DNA of 20,586 nt from Deinococcales bacterium (GCA_043778225.1 JAYWGM010000058.1:1-20586); one strand, 5' to 3'. Shown: positions 1 to 7,248, numbered from the stretch's first letter. Notes: generated from the sequence alone by a model not told the origin. Numbers and translations are program-made.

Positions 1-136
1 GTTATGGCTTGAATCAAAATCAGCTGTTGTGATCGCAAAATGGCAAGAACTTGCAAAACCAGAATATCGTGAGGTGGTTAATCCACGTTGGAGATACCCT
101 GGTCTTGGTTTGTATGCAGATATTCTAAAACCATAA
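1..136 (+). CDS. 3' end of a hypothetical protein, truncated by the window edge
   Basis: Frame from nt 2 is open (LWLESKSAVVIAKWQELAKPEYREVVNPRWRYPGLGLYADILKP) to TAA at 134-136; no recognisable motif. Confidence 0.45.
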   Translation, partial: LWLESKSAVVIAKWQELAKPEYREVVNPRWRYPGLGLYADILKP

Positions 137-176
137 AATACTTTCACGACTCACAATGCCATGGCTCGAGCCAAGC

Positions 177-593
177 CTACCCTCGAGTCTGCTCATAGAC
201 CGACAAGGCATTCCAGGCTTCAATTATCGGTTTTGCCTCGAGAACCGAAGCCGCCCGCAGTGCCAACTGTAAATCCTTACCTGTCAAGCGCCGTAAGCCT
301 TCAAGGTCGTTTTGCTGGGCAAGTAAAAGCGCGCTGGCTCGAGGCGTGTTGCGCCGTGCCAAAAGGCGTTCTCGAGTCAGGATTTCTAAGTTTTCGTTTT
401 CGGTCAATAAGCGCCGTGTGGCAGCCACAGCTTCTGGGTAAATTTTTAACATCTCGAGTTCTTGCAGAACCATTTTTGGCGCAAATTGCTGGTCGAGGCA
501 CAAGCCATACAACCCCTCGGCGGCTCGAGTCGGGTTCTGGTGGCGTTGAAATTCACGCTCGAGTTGTGCTGTAAAAAGCTGTTTGATGTCCAT
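177..593 (-). CDS. Hypothetical protein (~138 aa, MDIKQLFTAQLERE...)
   Basis: Track ORF 177..776 trimmed to the ATG at 593 because the longer form overlaps rplS and its terminator. Helical-looking sequence with host-typical CTC-GAG (Leu-Glu) usage. Confidence 0.65.
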   Translation of the reverse strand: MDIKQLFTAQLEREFQRHQNPTRAAEGLYGLCLDQQFAPKMVLQELEMLKIYPEAVAATRRLLTENENLEILTRERLLARRNTPRASALLLAQQNDLEGLRRLTGKDLQLALRAASVLEAKPIIEAWNALSVYEQTRG

Positions 594-623
594 AAAAAGA
601 GGGGCTTGCCTTGGCAAGCCCCT
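594..623 (-). terminator. Intrinsic terminator of rplS
   Basis: Inverted repeat AGGGGCTTGCC-TT-GGCAAGCCCCT (600-623) followed on the minus strand by CTTTTT, 10 nt after the rplS stop. Confidence 0.8.
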
Positions 624-633
624 ATAAAACCGA

Positions 634-1029
634 TTAACCGTTTGCGGCAGCAGCGCTGGCTTTTTGCATCCGTCCACGGTCAGCCTTAATTTTACTGGCT
701 TTACCGCGTAATTTACGCAAGTAGTACAACTTGGCACGGCGCACTTTGCCGCGTTCGATGACGCTGATTTTATCAATCAGCGGCGTGTTGAATGGAAAAA
801 TACGCTCGACACCTTCGTTAAAGGCAACCTTACGCACCGTAAAGCTCTTGCCGGTGCTTTTGCCGTTAATGGCGATAACCACACCTTCAAAGCCTTGGAC
901 GCGGGTGCGTGTACCTTCGGTGACTTTGTAGTCTACACGAATTGTATCGCCCGGTTGGAAATCGGGAATGTCTGAACGCAAGTGTGCCTGCTCGACGCTT
1001 TTGAGGATTGCTCCACGGTTGATCTTCAT
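634..1029 (-). CDS. rplS: 50S ribosomal protein L19
   Basis: L19 motifs [46 protein letters not shown]; purine-rich SD-like AAGGGG before the ATG. Confidence 0.99.
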   Translation of the reverse strand: MKINRGAILKSVEQAHLRSDIPDFQPGDTIRVDYKVTEGTRTRVQGFEGVVIAINGKSTGKSFTVRKVAFNEGVERIFPFNTPLIDKISVIERGKVRRAKLYYLRKLRGKASKIKADRGRMQKASAAAANG

Positions 1030-1060
1030 AATGCCCCTTTGCTTGTAGGCGGAGCGCGAG

Positions 1061-1069
1061 TGCTATAAT
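1061..1069 (+). promoter_or_regulatory. Extended -10 promoter, candidate for gfh1
   Basis: Perfect TGnTATAAT (TGCTATAAT) about 100 nt upstream of the gfh1 ATG. Confidence 0.55.
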
Positions 1070-1125
1070 CGCGGCGCGTTCACTACAGCTTGTTGCTCGA
1101 GCGTAACGTTCGAGGCAACCTTAGG

Positions 1126-1155
1126 AGTGTACACTTTTAGGTCATCATCTGGCAA
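1126..1155 (-). promoter_or_regulatory. Candidate rplS promoter
   Basis: Minus strand TTGCCA-N18-TACACT; the -10 lies within the palindrome AGTGTACACT (1126-1135). Confidence 0.5.
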
Positions 1156-1166
1156 GAGGAGAAATT

Positions 1167-1643
1167 ATGTCACGCGAAATTAAATTAACCAAAGAGGGTT
1201 ATGAACGTCTGCAAAAACAACTCGAACTCGAGCGTCAACGCTTGGTCGAAGCCACCGCAATTTTACAAGAACAAATGGAAGATTCCGACGATTACGATGG
1301 CTCGGGCTTAGAAGACGCAAAGCGCGAAAAAATGAACATCGAAACTCGGATAGACGAACTCGAGGATACGCTGGCGCGAGCCGTGGTGCTTGAAGCCGCC
1401 GAGGGTGGCAAAGCGATTGGTTTTGGCACCGTTATTCGCTTACTCGAGGAAAAAAGCGGTAAAGAAATCGAGGTACAACTGGTCTCTGGGGCAGAAGCCA
1501 GTGTGCCGGGTGGTTCAATCCGTAAAGTCTCAGACGACAGCCCACTGGGGCAAAAACTCTTTGGGCGTAAGAAAAACGAGGTTTTTTTGGTCGAAGGCGC
1601 TAAAGGACAACTCAAATATAAAGTCCTCGAGATTCGAGCGTGA
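1167..1643 (+). CDS. gfh1: Gre-factor homologue Gfh1 (RNA polymerase secondary-channel inhibitor)
   Basis: GreA/GreB fold. N-terminus MSREIKLTKEGYERL and tip EDSDDYDGSGLEDAK match the Thermus Gfh1 type (SSDDYDDSGL), not GreA (GDLSENAEY). SD GAGGAG. Confidence 0.9.
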   Translation: MSREIKLTKEGYERLQKQLELERQRLVEATAILQEQMEDSDDYDGSGLEDAKREKMNIETRIDELEDTLARAVVLEAAEGGKAIGFGTVIRLLEEKSGKEIEVQLVSGAEASVPGGSIRKVSDDSPLGQKLFGRKKNEVFLVEGAKGQLKYKVLEIRA

Positions 1644-1648
1644 GGACA

Positions 1649-1711
1649 GGGTGAAAAGGTTAAAAGGGCTTTACTTTTCACCCTTTAACCTTTTTCCCTT
1701 TTTAACCTGCC
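1649..1711. repeat. Octamer (TTTTAACC-like) tandem/inverted repeat between convergent genes; probable bidirectional terminator
   Basis: GGTGAAAA, GGTTAAAA, then TTTTCACC, CTTTAACC, TTTTTCCC, TTTTTAACC. Confidence 0.75.
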
Positions 1712-1712
1712 T

Positions 1713-2729
1713 TTACTTGGCTTGAATATCTGGGGTCAGAAACTTGTTGGTATAAAAGTTGCTGCGTTGGAGTTTGGTGTTTTTGTCTATCCGCCCGACG
1801 CTTTTTAGGAGTGCCATGGCGTATTCCCAATTGTTGGGGTTAGAAAAACCAAGTCCTTGTTTGTCGGCTTTGCTAAAGTTACTCTGGTAGAGCTTAACGC
1901 TTTTCTCGAGAATCTTGAGGCGGTCACCGGTCATGTTCGGTACAAACTTTTTGGCATAATCAAAGGCTTGTTTGGTGTTTTCGATGCTCAGCTTTAAGCC
2001 CAACTGCGAAGCGCCTAGAAAACCCTTGACCAAGGCTTCGTTTTTCAGGGTGTCGTCCACAGCAATCACACCATTGGATGGGCTTTTGTTGACCAAGGCT
2101 GCCGAAAAGATATTGAGCTTTAAGCCTCGAGCCTCGGCAATCACGGCTTCGTTGTTGACAAAGCCCATGACCGCATCCACACGGTCGGCGACCAAAGCCT
2201 CGAGTTGGGTAAAGCCTACTTCGACAATTTTAACATCGCTTTCTTTAAGGTTTGCGCCAGCCAAAATGGCTTGTAAGCTCGTCCAAGAACTACCGAACTT
2301 ACCGGGGATACCGATGGTTTTGCCTTTCAGGTCGGCATACTTGGTGATGTTCTTTTCACGCTTACTAAAAAGTGCGTTAGGCGTAACTTGATAGAGTGCC
2401 ATCAGGTACTTAAACGGTGTGGCTTTGGCATCTTTGGTGCGAAGCAGAATTACATCTTCGGCATCGCCAACCACAAAGTCGAGCTTACCAGCCGCCAAGA
2501 GCGGATAGAGTTCGGAAGTAAAGCCATGCTGAAAAGTGACATTTAAGCCTTTGGCTTTGTAATATCCAGCCTCTTGAGCCGCGTAAAACGGCGCAAATTG
2601 CACATCGGGAATGTAACCTAAGCCGACCCGAACGGTTGTCAGGTTAGTTTGAGCGCTCGAGACGTTGGCAAGCCCAACAAGTAACGCACACGAAGAAACC
2701 GCCGCCAAAAAGCCAATTTTGTACTTCAT
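1713..2729 (-). CDS. ABC transporter substrate-binding protein, NMT1/THI5 family; probable riboflavin-binding RibY-type
   Basis: Signal peptide, GYIPDVQFAPFYAA, DLKGKTIGIPG. ATG at 2729 lies just after SD GAAGGGGA, directly downstream of an FMN riboswitch. Confidence 0.85.
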   Translation of the reverse strand: MKYKIGFLAAVSSCALLVGLANVSSAQTNLTTVRVGLGYIPDVQFAPFYAAQEAGYYKAKGLNVTFQHGFTSELYPLLAAGKLDFVVGDAEDVILLRTKDAKATPFKYLMALYQVTPNALFSKREKNITKYADLKGKTIGIPGKFGSSWTSLQAILAGANLKESDVKIVEVGFTQLEALVADRVDAVMGFVNNEAVIAEARGLKLNIFSAALVNKSPSNGVIAVDDTLKNEALVKGFLGASQLGLKLSIENTKQAFDYAKKFVPNMTGDRLKILEKSVKLYQSNFSKADKQGLGFSNPNNWEYAMALLKSVGRIDKNTKLQRSNFYTNKFLTPDIQAK

Positions 2730-2734
2730 AATGT

Positions 2735-2896
2735 CCCCTTCTTTCATCCGGACTGATGCTCAAAGCAATTACCGTCGGTGGCAGCTTTTCTGCCTCAACC
2801 TCGAGTTAAAAATTTCTCAAGGCTCGCGGACTGATACACGTTATGTTTTGCGTGTCTTCACCGCCGGTCGGGAGTTCCACCCCGCCTACGAAGGAT
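2735..2896 (-). ncRNA. FMN (RFN) riboswitch, translational (SD inside the P1 3' strand)
   Basis: Conserved blocks CCTTC...GGCGGGGTGGAACTCCCGACCGGCGGT...AGTCCGCGA...TTGA...ACCGACGGT...AGTCCGGATGAAAGAAGG; P1 CCTTC/GAAGG overlaps the SD. Confidence 0.93.
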
Positions 2897-2916
2897 GAGC
2901 CGTAGCTCGAGAGTGG

Positions 2917-2925
2917 AGTTTAACA
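2917..2925 (-). promoter_or_regulatory. Extended -10 promoter for the riboswitch/SBP transcript
   Basis: TGTTAAACT on the minus strand about 20 nt upstream of the aptamer. Confidence 0.6.
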
Positions 2926-2968
2926 ATTTTGCGGTGAGAAATAAGCTGTAACCAGATGAGGAACGGTT

Positions 2969-3149
2969 AGAGGAGGGCATAGGTAAAAAGGGGAAAAGTA
3001 GAAAGCGACCCTGCCCGTGAGCGACCCAGCCCGCGAGGTGCGTCTTTAGGGTCAAGACAGGTGCATCTTTAGGGTCAAGAAAGGTTAAAAGTGAAGGACG
3101 GTTTGTTTTACTTTTAACCTTTTAACCCTTTGACCTTTTCACCTCCTCT
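2969..3149. repeat. Composite intergenic repeat (octamer arms flanking a duplicated hairpin module)
   Basis: AGAGGAG...CTCCTCT ends; octamers at 2982-2997, 3083-3090 and 3112-3143; 16-nt tandem (3004-3035) and 23-nt-period tandem (3036-3080). Confidence 0.75.
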
Positions 3150-4637
3150 TTATCTTCTTCTGTACCTCAACACCCAAGTCTCGAGCAGTGTGATAAAGGC
3201 GTAAATACCAATCCCAAGGGCAATTAAAACAATCACGGCAGCAAATAAAAAATCGGTGCTGCCTTCATAGCGAGCGCTTTGTGCCAATGCACCTAGTCCA
3301 GAGTTACCTTGACTGTTTGCGCCAAAGGTAAATTCGGCAACGACTGCGCCTATTAAGGCTAAGCTGGCGGTGTTGCGTAAGCCGCCAAGCATCACTGGCA
3401 GTGCGCCCGGAATCTCGAGCCGCGATAATATGCCCCAAAAACTCGAACCCATCGTAGTAAAGACCTCACGGTAGAGTTTGTCCACTTCGCGCACGCCAAT
3501 CATTGTGGCGGTTAAAATCGGAAACAAACTAATCAGGGTGGCTACCAGCACCCGCGAAGTTGTGCCATAGCCAAGCAGCACCACCAAAATCGGCGCAATC
3601 ACAATCACGGGTACGGCTTGGAGCGCCACCACAATTGGCGAAAATAAGCGCTCGAGAATTTTAATTTTACCAAAGATGTAGCCAGCCCCAACGCCAAGAA
3701 ATAGCGAACATAGCAGCCCTAGCCCCGTAATTCGCAGTGTCTCGAGTGCGCCCAATGCCAGCACTGCCCGCCGCTCGAGCAAGGCTGACCAGACCCGAGC
3801 CAGCGTAGGAAAAGTCAGGGTGGACTCTGGCACAAAAACAGTCCAAGCCAACAGCAACAGCAGCATTACCCCAAAAACCCCGACCAATTCCCATGGAAAA
3901 CGCAAAGCCCTAGGTGGCTCTTCGATGTGGGTGCTGTCGGCAACCCCAAGCACCTCGCGCAATTGTGCCTCGAGTGGTTCGGTAAAGGCAGTGATTCGCC
4001 CCTGCCCTTTGGTTTCCATAATCAATTCAATTTGCCCATTTTTAATCACCGCCACGCGGTCGGCGAGGTAAACAGCCTCGCGGATGCTGTGGGTGACTAG
4101 AATAATCGTTTTGCCGGTTTTTTCATGGATTTTTTTGAGCTCTAAGTTAAAGCGTTCACGCACCAGCGCATCGAGCGCCGCAAAAGGTTCATCCATCAGT
4201 AAAATTGGGGCATCCTGCGCCAAAGCTCGAGCAATGGCTACTCGCGCCCGCATTCCGCCAGACAACTGATGCGGGTAGAGGCTGGCAAAATTTTGCATTC
4301 CGACCAAAGTCAGGGCTTCGTCGGGGTTCATGCCCGCTGTCCCTATTTCGGCAGGCAGTTGTACATTGTGGCGCACCGTGCGCCACGGTAAAAGTCGGTA
4401 ATCTTGGAAAACCATAGCGGTCGCAGCCGTGACCTCGAGTTTGCCTGTACCGTGCAGTAAGCCAGCAATCAGGCGCAACAGGGTGCTTTTACCGCCACCA
4501 CTCGAGCCAAGCACGGCGATAAATTCGCCGTTTGCAACCGACAAAGAAACGTTCTCGAGAACACGGCGGGCGTTAAAGTCCAACGAGACATTCTCGAGAT
4601 GAATGACGGGTTTTGGTGTTGTTGGCTCGAGACTCAC
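3150..4637 (-). CDS. Fused ABC ATPase + permease (TauB/SsuB- and TauC/SsuC-like)
   Basis: Walker A GSSGGGKST, LSGGM, Walker B LLMDEPF, VTH; C-terminal membrane domain with EAA-like LEIPGALP. Confidence 0.92.
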   Translation of the reverse strand: MSLEPTTPKPVIHLENVSLDFNARRVLENVSLSVANGEFIAVLGSSGGGKSTLLRLIAGLLHGTGKLEVTAATAMVFQDYRLLPWRTVRHNVQLPAEIGTAGMNPDEALTLVGMQNFASLYPHQLSGGMRARVAIARALAQDAPILLMDEPFAALDALVRERFNLELKKIHEKTGKTIILVTHSIREAVYLADRVAVIKNGQIELIMETKGQGRITAFTEPLEAQLREVLGVADSTHIEEPPRALRFPWELVGVFGVMLLLLLAWTVFVPESTLTFPTLARVWSALLERRAVLALGALETLRITGLGLLCSLFLGVGAGYIFGKIKILERLFSPIVVALQAVPVIVIAPILVVLLGYGTTSRVLVATLISLFPILTATMIGVREVDKLYREVFTTMGSSFWGILSRLEIPGALPVMLGGLRNTASLALIGAVVAEFTFGANSQGNSGLGALAQSARYEGSTDFLFAAVIVLIALGIGIYAFITLLETWVLRYRRR

Positions 4638-4643
4638 CGCTTT

Positions 4644-4652
4644 ACTGTAACA
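4644..4652 (-). promoter_or_regulatory. Leaderless-type extended -10 promoter
   Basis: TGTTACAGT followed by 6 nt and the GTG start at 4637; no SD. Confidence 0.65.
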
Positions 4653-4669
4653 GGTCAGAAGGTGGGATT

Positions 4670-5059
4670 TTAGATACTCGAGTCAGCCAAGCCATAATCG
4701 TCTAGATTTGTGATTTCCATATCGATTTGTTCCAATTTCTTATCTGGGTCATACGAACTCCTCACAGCATTCCAAGTAGTAACTTCTAAAGGGTCAACAT
4801 GGTCCTGAAACAGATTATAGGCTTGTTCGAGTAATTCTGCTAACGTGTTTAATCCAAATTGACGCATAGCCGTAATTGTTGCTTTTATGTAGCCAAGTTC
4901 TGGCAAGCGATTGTAAAAATACCCAGACAGTGAGTTCATTTCAAACTCAACCATAAAGTCTTGGATTAGGTACAACTGATATTTGTCAGCTTTTAGCGAA
5001 TGCCCTCTATCCGCTAAGCCTTTCAAGAAAACTTTTGATAGGCGCTCTGTTGCACTCAT
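4670..5059 (-). CDS. DUF4375/DMP19-like small acidic protein
   Basis: EFEMNSLSGYFYN...AMRQFGLNTLAELLEQAYNLF resembles the DUF4375 pattern (EVxNGGFxQYFxN...ALxxIGA..A.LL); AT-rich. Confidence 0.55.
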   Translation of the reverse strand: MSATERLSKVFLKGLADRGHSLKADKYQLYLIQDFMVEFEMNSLSGYFYNRLPELGYIKATITAMRQFGLNTLAELLEQAYNLFQDHVDPLEVTTWNAVRSSYDPDKKLEQIDMEITNLDDYGLADSSI

Positions 5060-5080
5060 AAAAATAACCTTTCAAAGACT

Positions 5081-7039
5081 TTACTGCCTATTCTCTACTC
5101 GCTCGAGCATTTCGCCAATCAAGGCTTCGGTGCTGACTTTGCCCCTGTCGCCCTTGCCGTGTTCGCGCAATCCAACCGCATTCTCGAGAATTTCTTTATC
5201 GCCAACCACCAGAATAAATGGCACTTTAGCAAGTTCGGCATCGCGGATTTTGGCTTGCATTCGTTCGCTGCTCGAGTCCACAGTCACCCGCAGTTTTTGC
5301 TTTTTCATGGTCGTTTCAAGACTGGAAGCATAGTCTAAATGCCGATCGGAAATGGTGATAATTCGTGCTTGTTCAGGAGCAAGCCACATCGGGAAATTTC
5401 CAGCCGTATGCTCGAGATAGAGCGCAAAGAAACGGTCAAAACTGCCCATGATTGCCCGGTGAATCACGACTGGTGTTTCTTTTTCGCCATTTGTATTGGT
5501 AAATTCTAAGTCAAAGCGACTTGGCACAATAAAATCCAGTTGATTGGTGGCAATACTTTCTTCTTTGCCAACCACAGTTCTGAGTTGCACATCAAGTTTA
5601 GGTCCATAAAAGGTGGCTTCGCCGATACCTTCAACAAAACTAGCGCCGGTTTCCTCGAGGGCTGCTCGGATGGCGGCAATCGATTCATCCCACTGTGGAC
5701 CCGGTTCGCCAAATTTCTCTGGGTTATTTTCAAAGTCTGGTAAGGATAATCTAAACCAATAATCCGAAATCCCAAAGTCGGTATAAACCTCTTCAAAGAG
5801 TTTAATGACTTTAATAAATTCTTCTTTGACTTGGGCTTTGGTGCAGTAAATATGGGCATCGTTTTGGGTAAAACCACGCACTCGAGCTAAACCTGTTAAA
5901 GCCCCAGACATTTCAAAGCGGTAGACCGTACCAGCTTCGGCATAACGGGCGGGAAGGTCGCGGTACGATTTTGGGCGGGCGGCAAAAATCATATGGTGAT
6001 GCGGGCAGTTCATCGGTTTGAGGTAGTAATTTTCTTCGTCAATCACGATTGGCGCGTACATCCCGTCGGCATAGTAGGGCAGATGCCCAGACTTATGATA
6101 AAGCGCTTCTTTGGTGATGTGCGGACTAATCACATAATCATAACCGTGTTCTTGTTCTTTTTCGTACATATAATCTTCGAGCTTTTTACGGATAAATGCG
6201 CCTTTGGGCAACCATAACGGCAAACCTTGTCCAACCTCGTCGGAAAAAGTAAACAAGTCCATTTCTTTACCGAGCTTACGATGATCGCGTTTTTTGGCTT
6301 CTTCTTGCTGCCATAAATGTTTCTCGAGTTCAGTGGCAGTCGCAAAAGCCACGCCATAAATCCGTTGCAGCATCGGGTTCTTTTCTGAGCCACGCCAGTA
6401 CGCCCCACTGGTGGCGGTCAGCTTAAAATGGCTGGGGATTAAACCCGTTCGCGGGATATGTGGACCACGGCAAAGGTCGGTAAAATCGGTCTCTGCGCCT
6501 TGCCGATAAAAAGTCATCGGTTCGGAGTCGGGTAAGCCTTCAATCAGTTCGGTTTTATAGCGGTCACGCCCAGAAAATTCTGCCAGTGCTTGGTCTCGTG
6601 TCACTTCAAAGCGGCTTAATTTTAAGTCACGAGCAATAATCTCTCGCATTTTTGCCTCGAGAATTTCAAGTTCCTCTTGCCTCAAGGGTTCGGGCAAATC
6701 AAAATCGTAATAAAAACCATTTTCGATGACCGGACCAATGCCCATTTTAATCGTCTCGCGGGCAAAACCTTTTGCCGCGTAAACCTCAAGAATACCTTGT
6801 GCCATGACGTGCGCCAAGGTATGTCGAAATAAATCTATGGCTTCGGCGGGTTTACGGGTGGTCAGAATCTCGAGTTTTGCGCCGTCGGGCAGGGGCGTAA
6901 AAATATCGGTCAGTTTACCGTTGACTCGAGCGCCAATGGCTTGCTCGGCGAGTTTTGGACCGATTAAAAGGGCAGCATCTAAAGCTGTTGCGCCCACTTG
7001 TAAATCGAGGGCTTTACCATCTGGAAGAAAAACTTGCAT
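5081..7039 (-). CDS. thrS: Threonyl-tRNA synthetase
   Basis: TGS domain, editing motifs HTLAH and DLCRGPH, RDHRKLG, KPMNCPHH, FYGPKLD, VIHRA, anticodon-binding domain; SD GAGGTG. Confidence 0.99.
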   Translation of the reverse strand: MQVFLPDGKALDLQVGATALDAALLIGPKLAEQAIGARVNGKLTDIFTPLPDGAKLEILTTRKPAEAIDLFRHTLAHVMAQGILEVYAAKGFARETIKMGIGPVIENGFYYDFDLPEPLRQEELEILEAKMREIIARDLKLSRFEVTRDQALAEFSGRDRYKTELIEGLPDSEPMTFYRQGAETDFTDLCRGPHIPRTGLIPSHFKLTATSGAYWRGSEKNPMLQRIYGVAFATATELEKHLWQQEEAKKRDHRKLGKEMDLFTFSDEVGQGLPLWLPKGAFIRKKLEDYMYEKEQEHGYDYVISPHITKEALYHKSGHLPYYADGMYAPIVIDEENYYLKPMNCPHHHMIFAARPKSYRDLPARYAEAGTVYRFEMSGALTGLARVRGFTQNDAHIYCTKAQVKEEFIKVIKLFEEVYTDFGISDYWFRLSLPDFENNPEKFGEPGPQWDESIAAIRAALEETGASFVEGIGEATFYGPKLDVQLRTVVGKEESIATNQLDFIVPSRFDLEFTNTNGEKETPVVIHRAIMGSFDRFFALYLEHTAGNFPMWLAPEQARIITISDRHLDYASSLETTMKKQKLRVTVDSSSERMQAKIRDAELAKVPFILVVGDKEILENAVGLREHGKGDRGKVSTEALIGEMLERVENRQ

Positions 7040-7125
7040 TGTTCACCTCAAGAGAAATTTTTGTTTAGACCGACTCGAGGCATGACCGCGCCACACTTCT
7101 CGAGAAACCGCACCCACACATCAAA

Positions 7126-7179
7126 TCACACCCCGCGAGGGGTTCGGGTGGTGCGAATAGCCCAGAAGAATGACATCAC
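7126..7179 (-). CDS. Candidate thrS leader peptide (17 aa, MMSFFWAIRTTRTPRGV)
   Basis: GTG starts 7 nt after an extended -10; contains ACC ACC CGA ACC; stop is 86 nt upstream of the thrS ATG. Confidence 0.65.
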   Translation of the reverse strand: MMSFFWAIRTTRTPRGV

Positions 7180-7186
7180 GCTTGGT

Positions 7187-7195
7187 AGTTTAGCA
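7187..7195 (-). promoter_or_regulatory. thrS extended -10 promoter
   Basis: TGCTAAACT on the minus strand. Confidence 0.7.
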
Positions 7196-7236
7196 TGATT
7201 CTCGAGCCTTGAAATGCGCCATTTCTCGAGATGCGT

Positions 7237-7242
7237 TAGAAT
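7237..7242 (+). promoter_or_regulatory. Leaderless-type -10 for the 7249-9515 gene cluster
   Basis: TAGAAT, 6 nt, ATG at 7249; no SD. Confidence 0.65.
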
Positions 7243-7248
7243 TGCGAC

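Noticed and set aside
161..776. Track ORFs 161..574 (+), 462..689 (+) and the 594..776 extension of the minus ORF
   Set aside because: Antisense shadows or overlaps with rplS and its terminator.
634..1029. Absence of CTCGAG in rplS as selection in a highly expressed gene
   Set aside because: Only 2-3 sites are expected in 396 nt, the protein has no Leu-Glu pair, and a longer gap exists at about 10557-11223.
3004..3143. CRISPR array
   Set aside because: Repeats are adjacent two-copy duplications or octamers with no unique spacers; no cas genes.
7040..7200. T-box riboswitch upstream of thrS
   Set aside because: No GGTGGNACC antiterminator bulge, specifier stem or U-tailed terminator; the leader is only about 140 nt.
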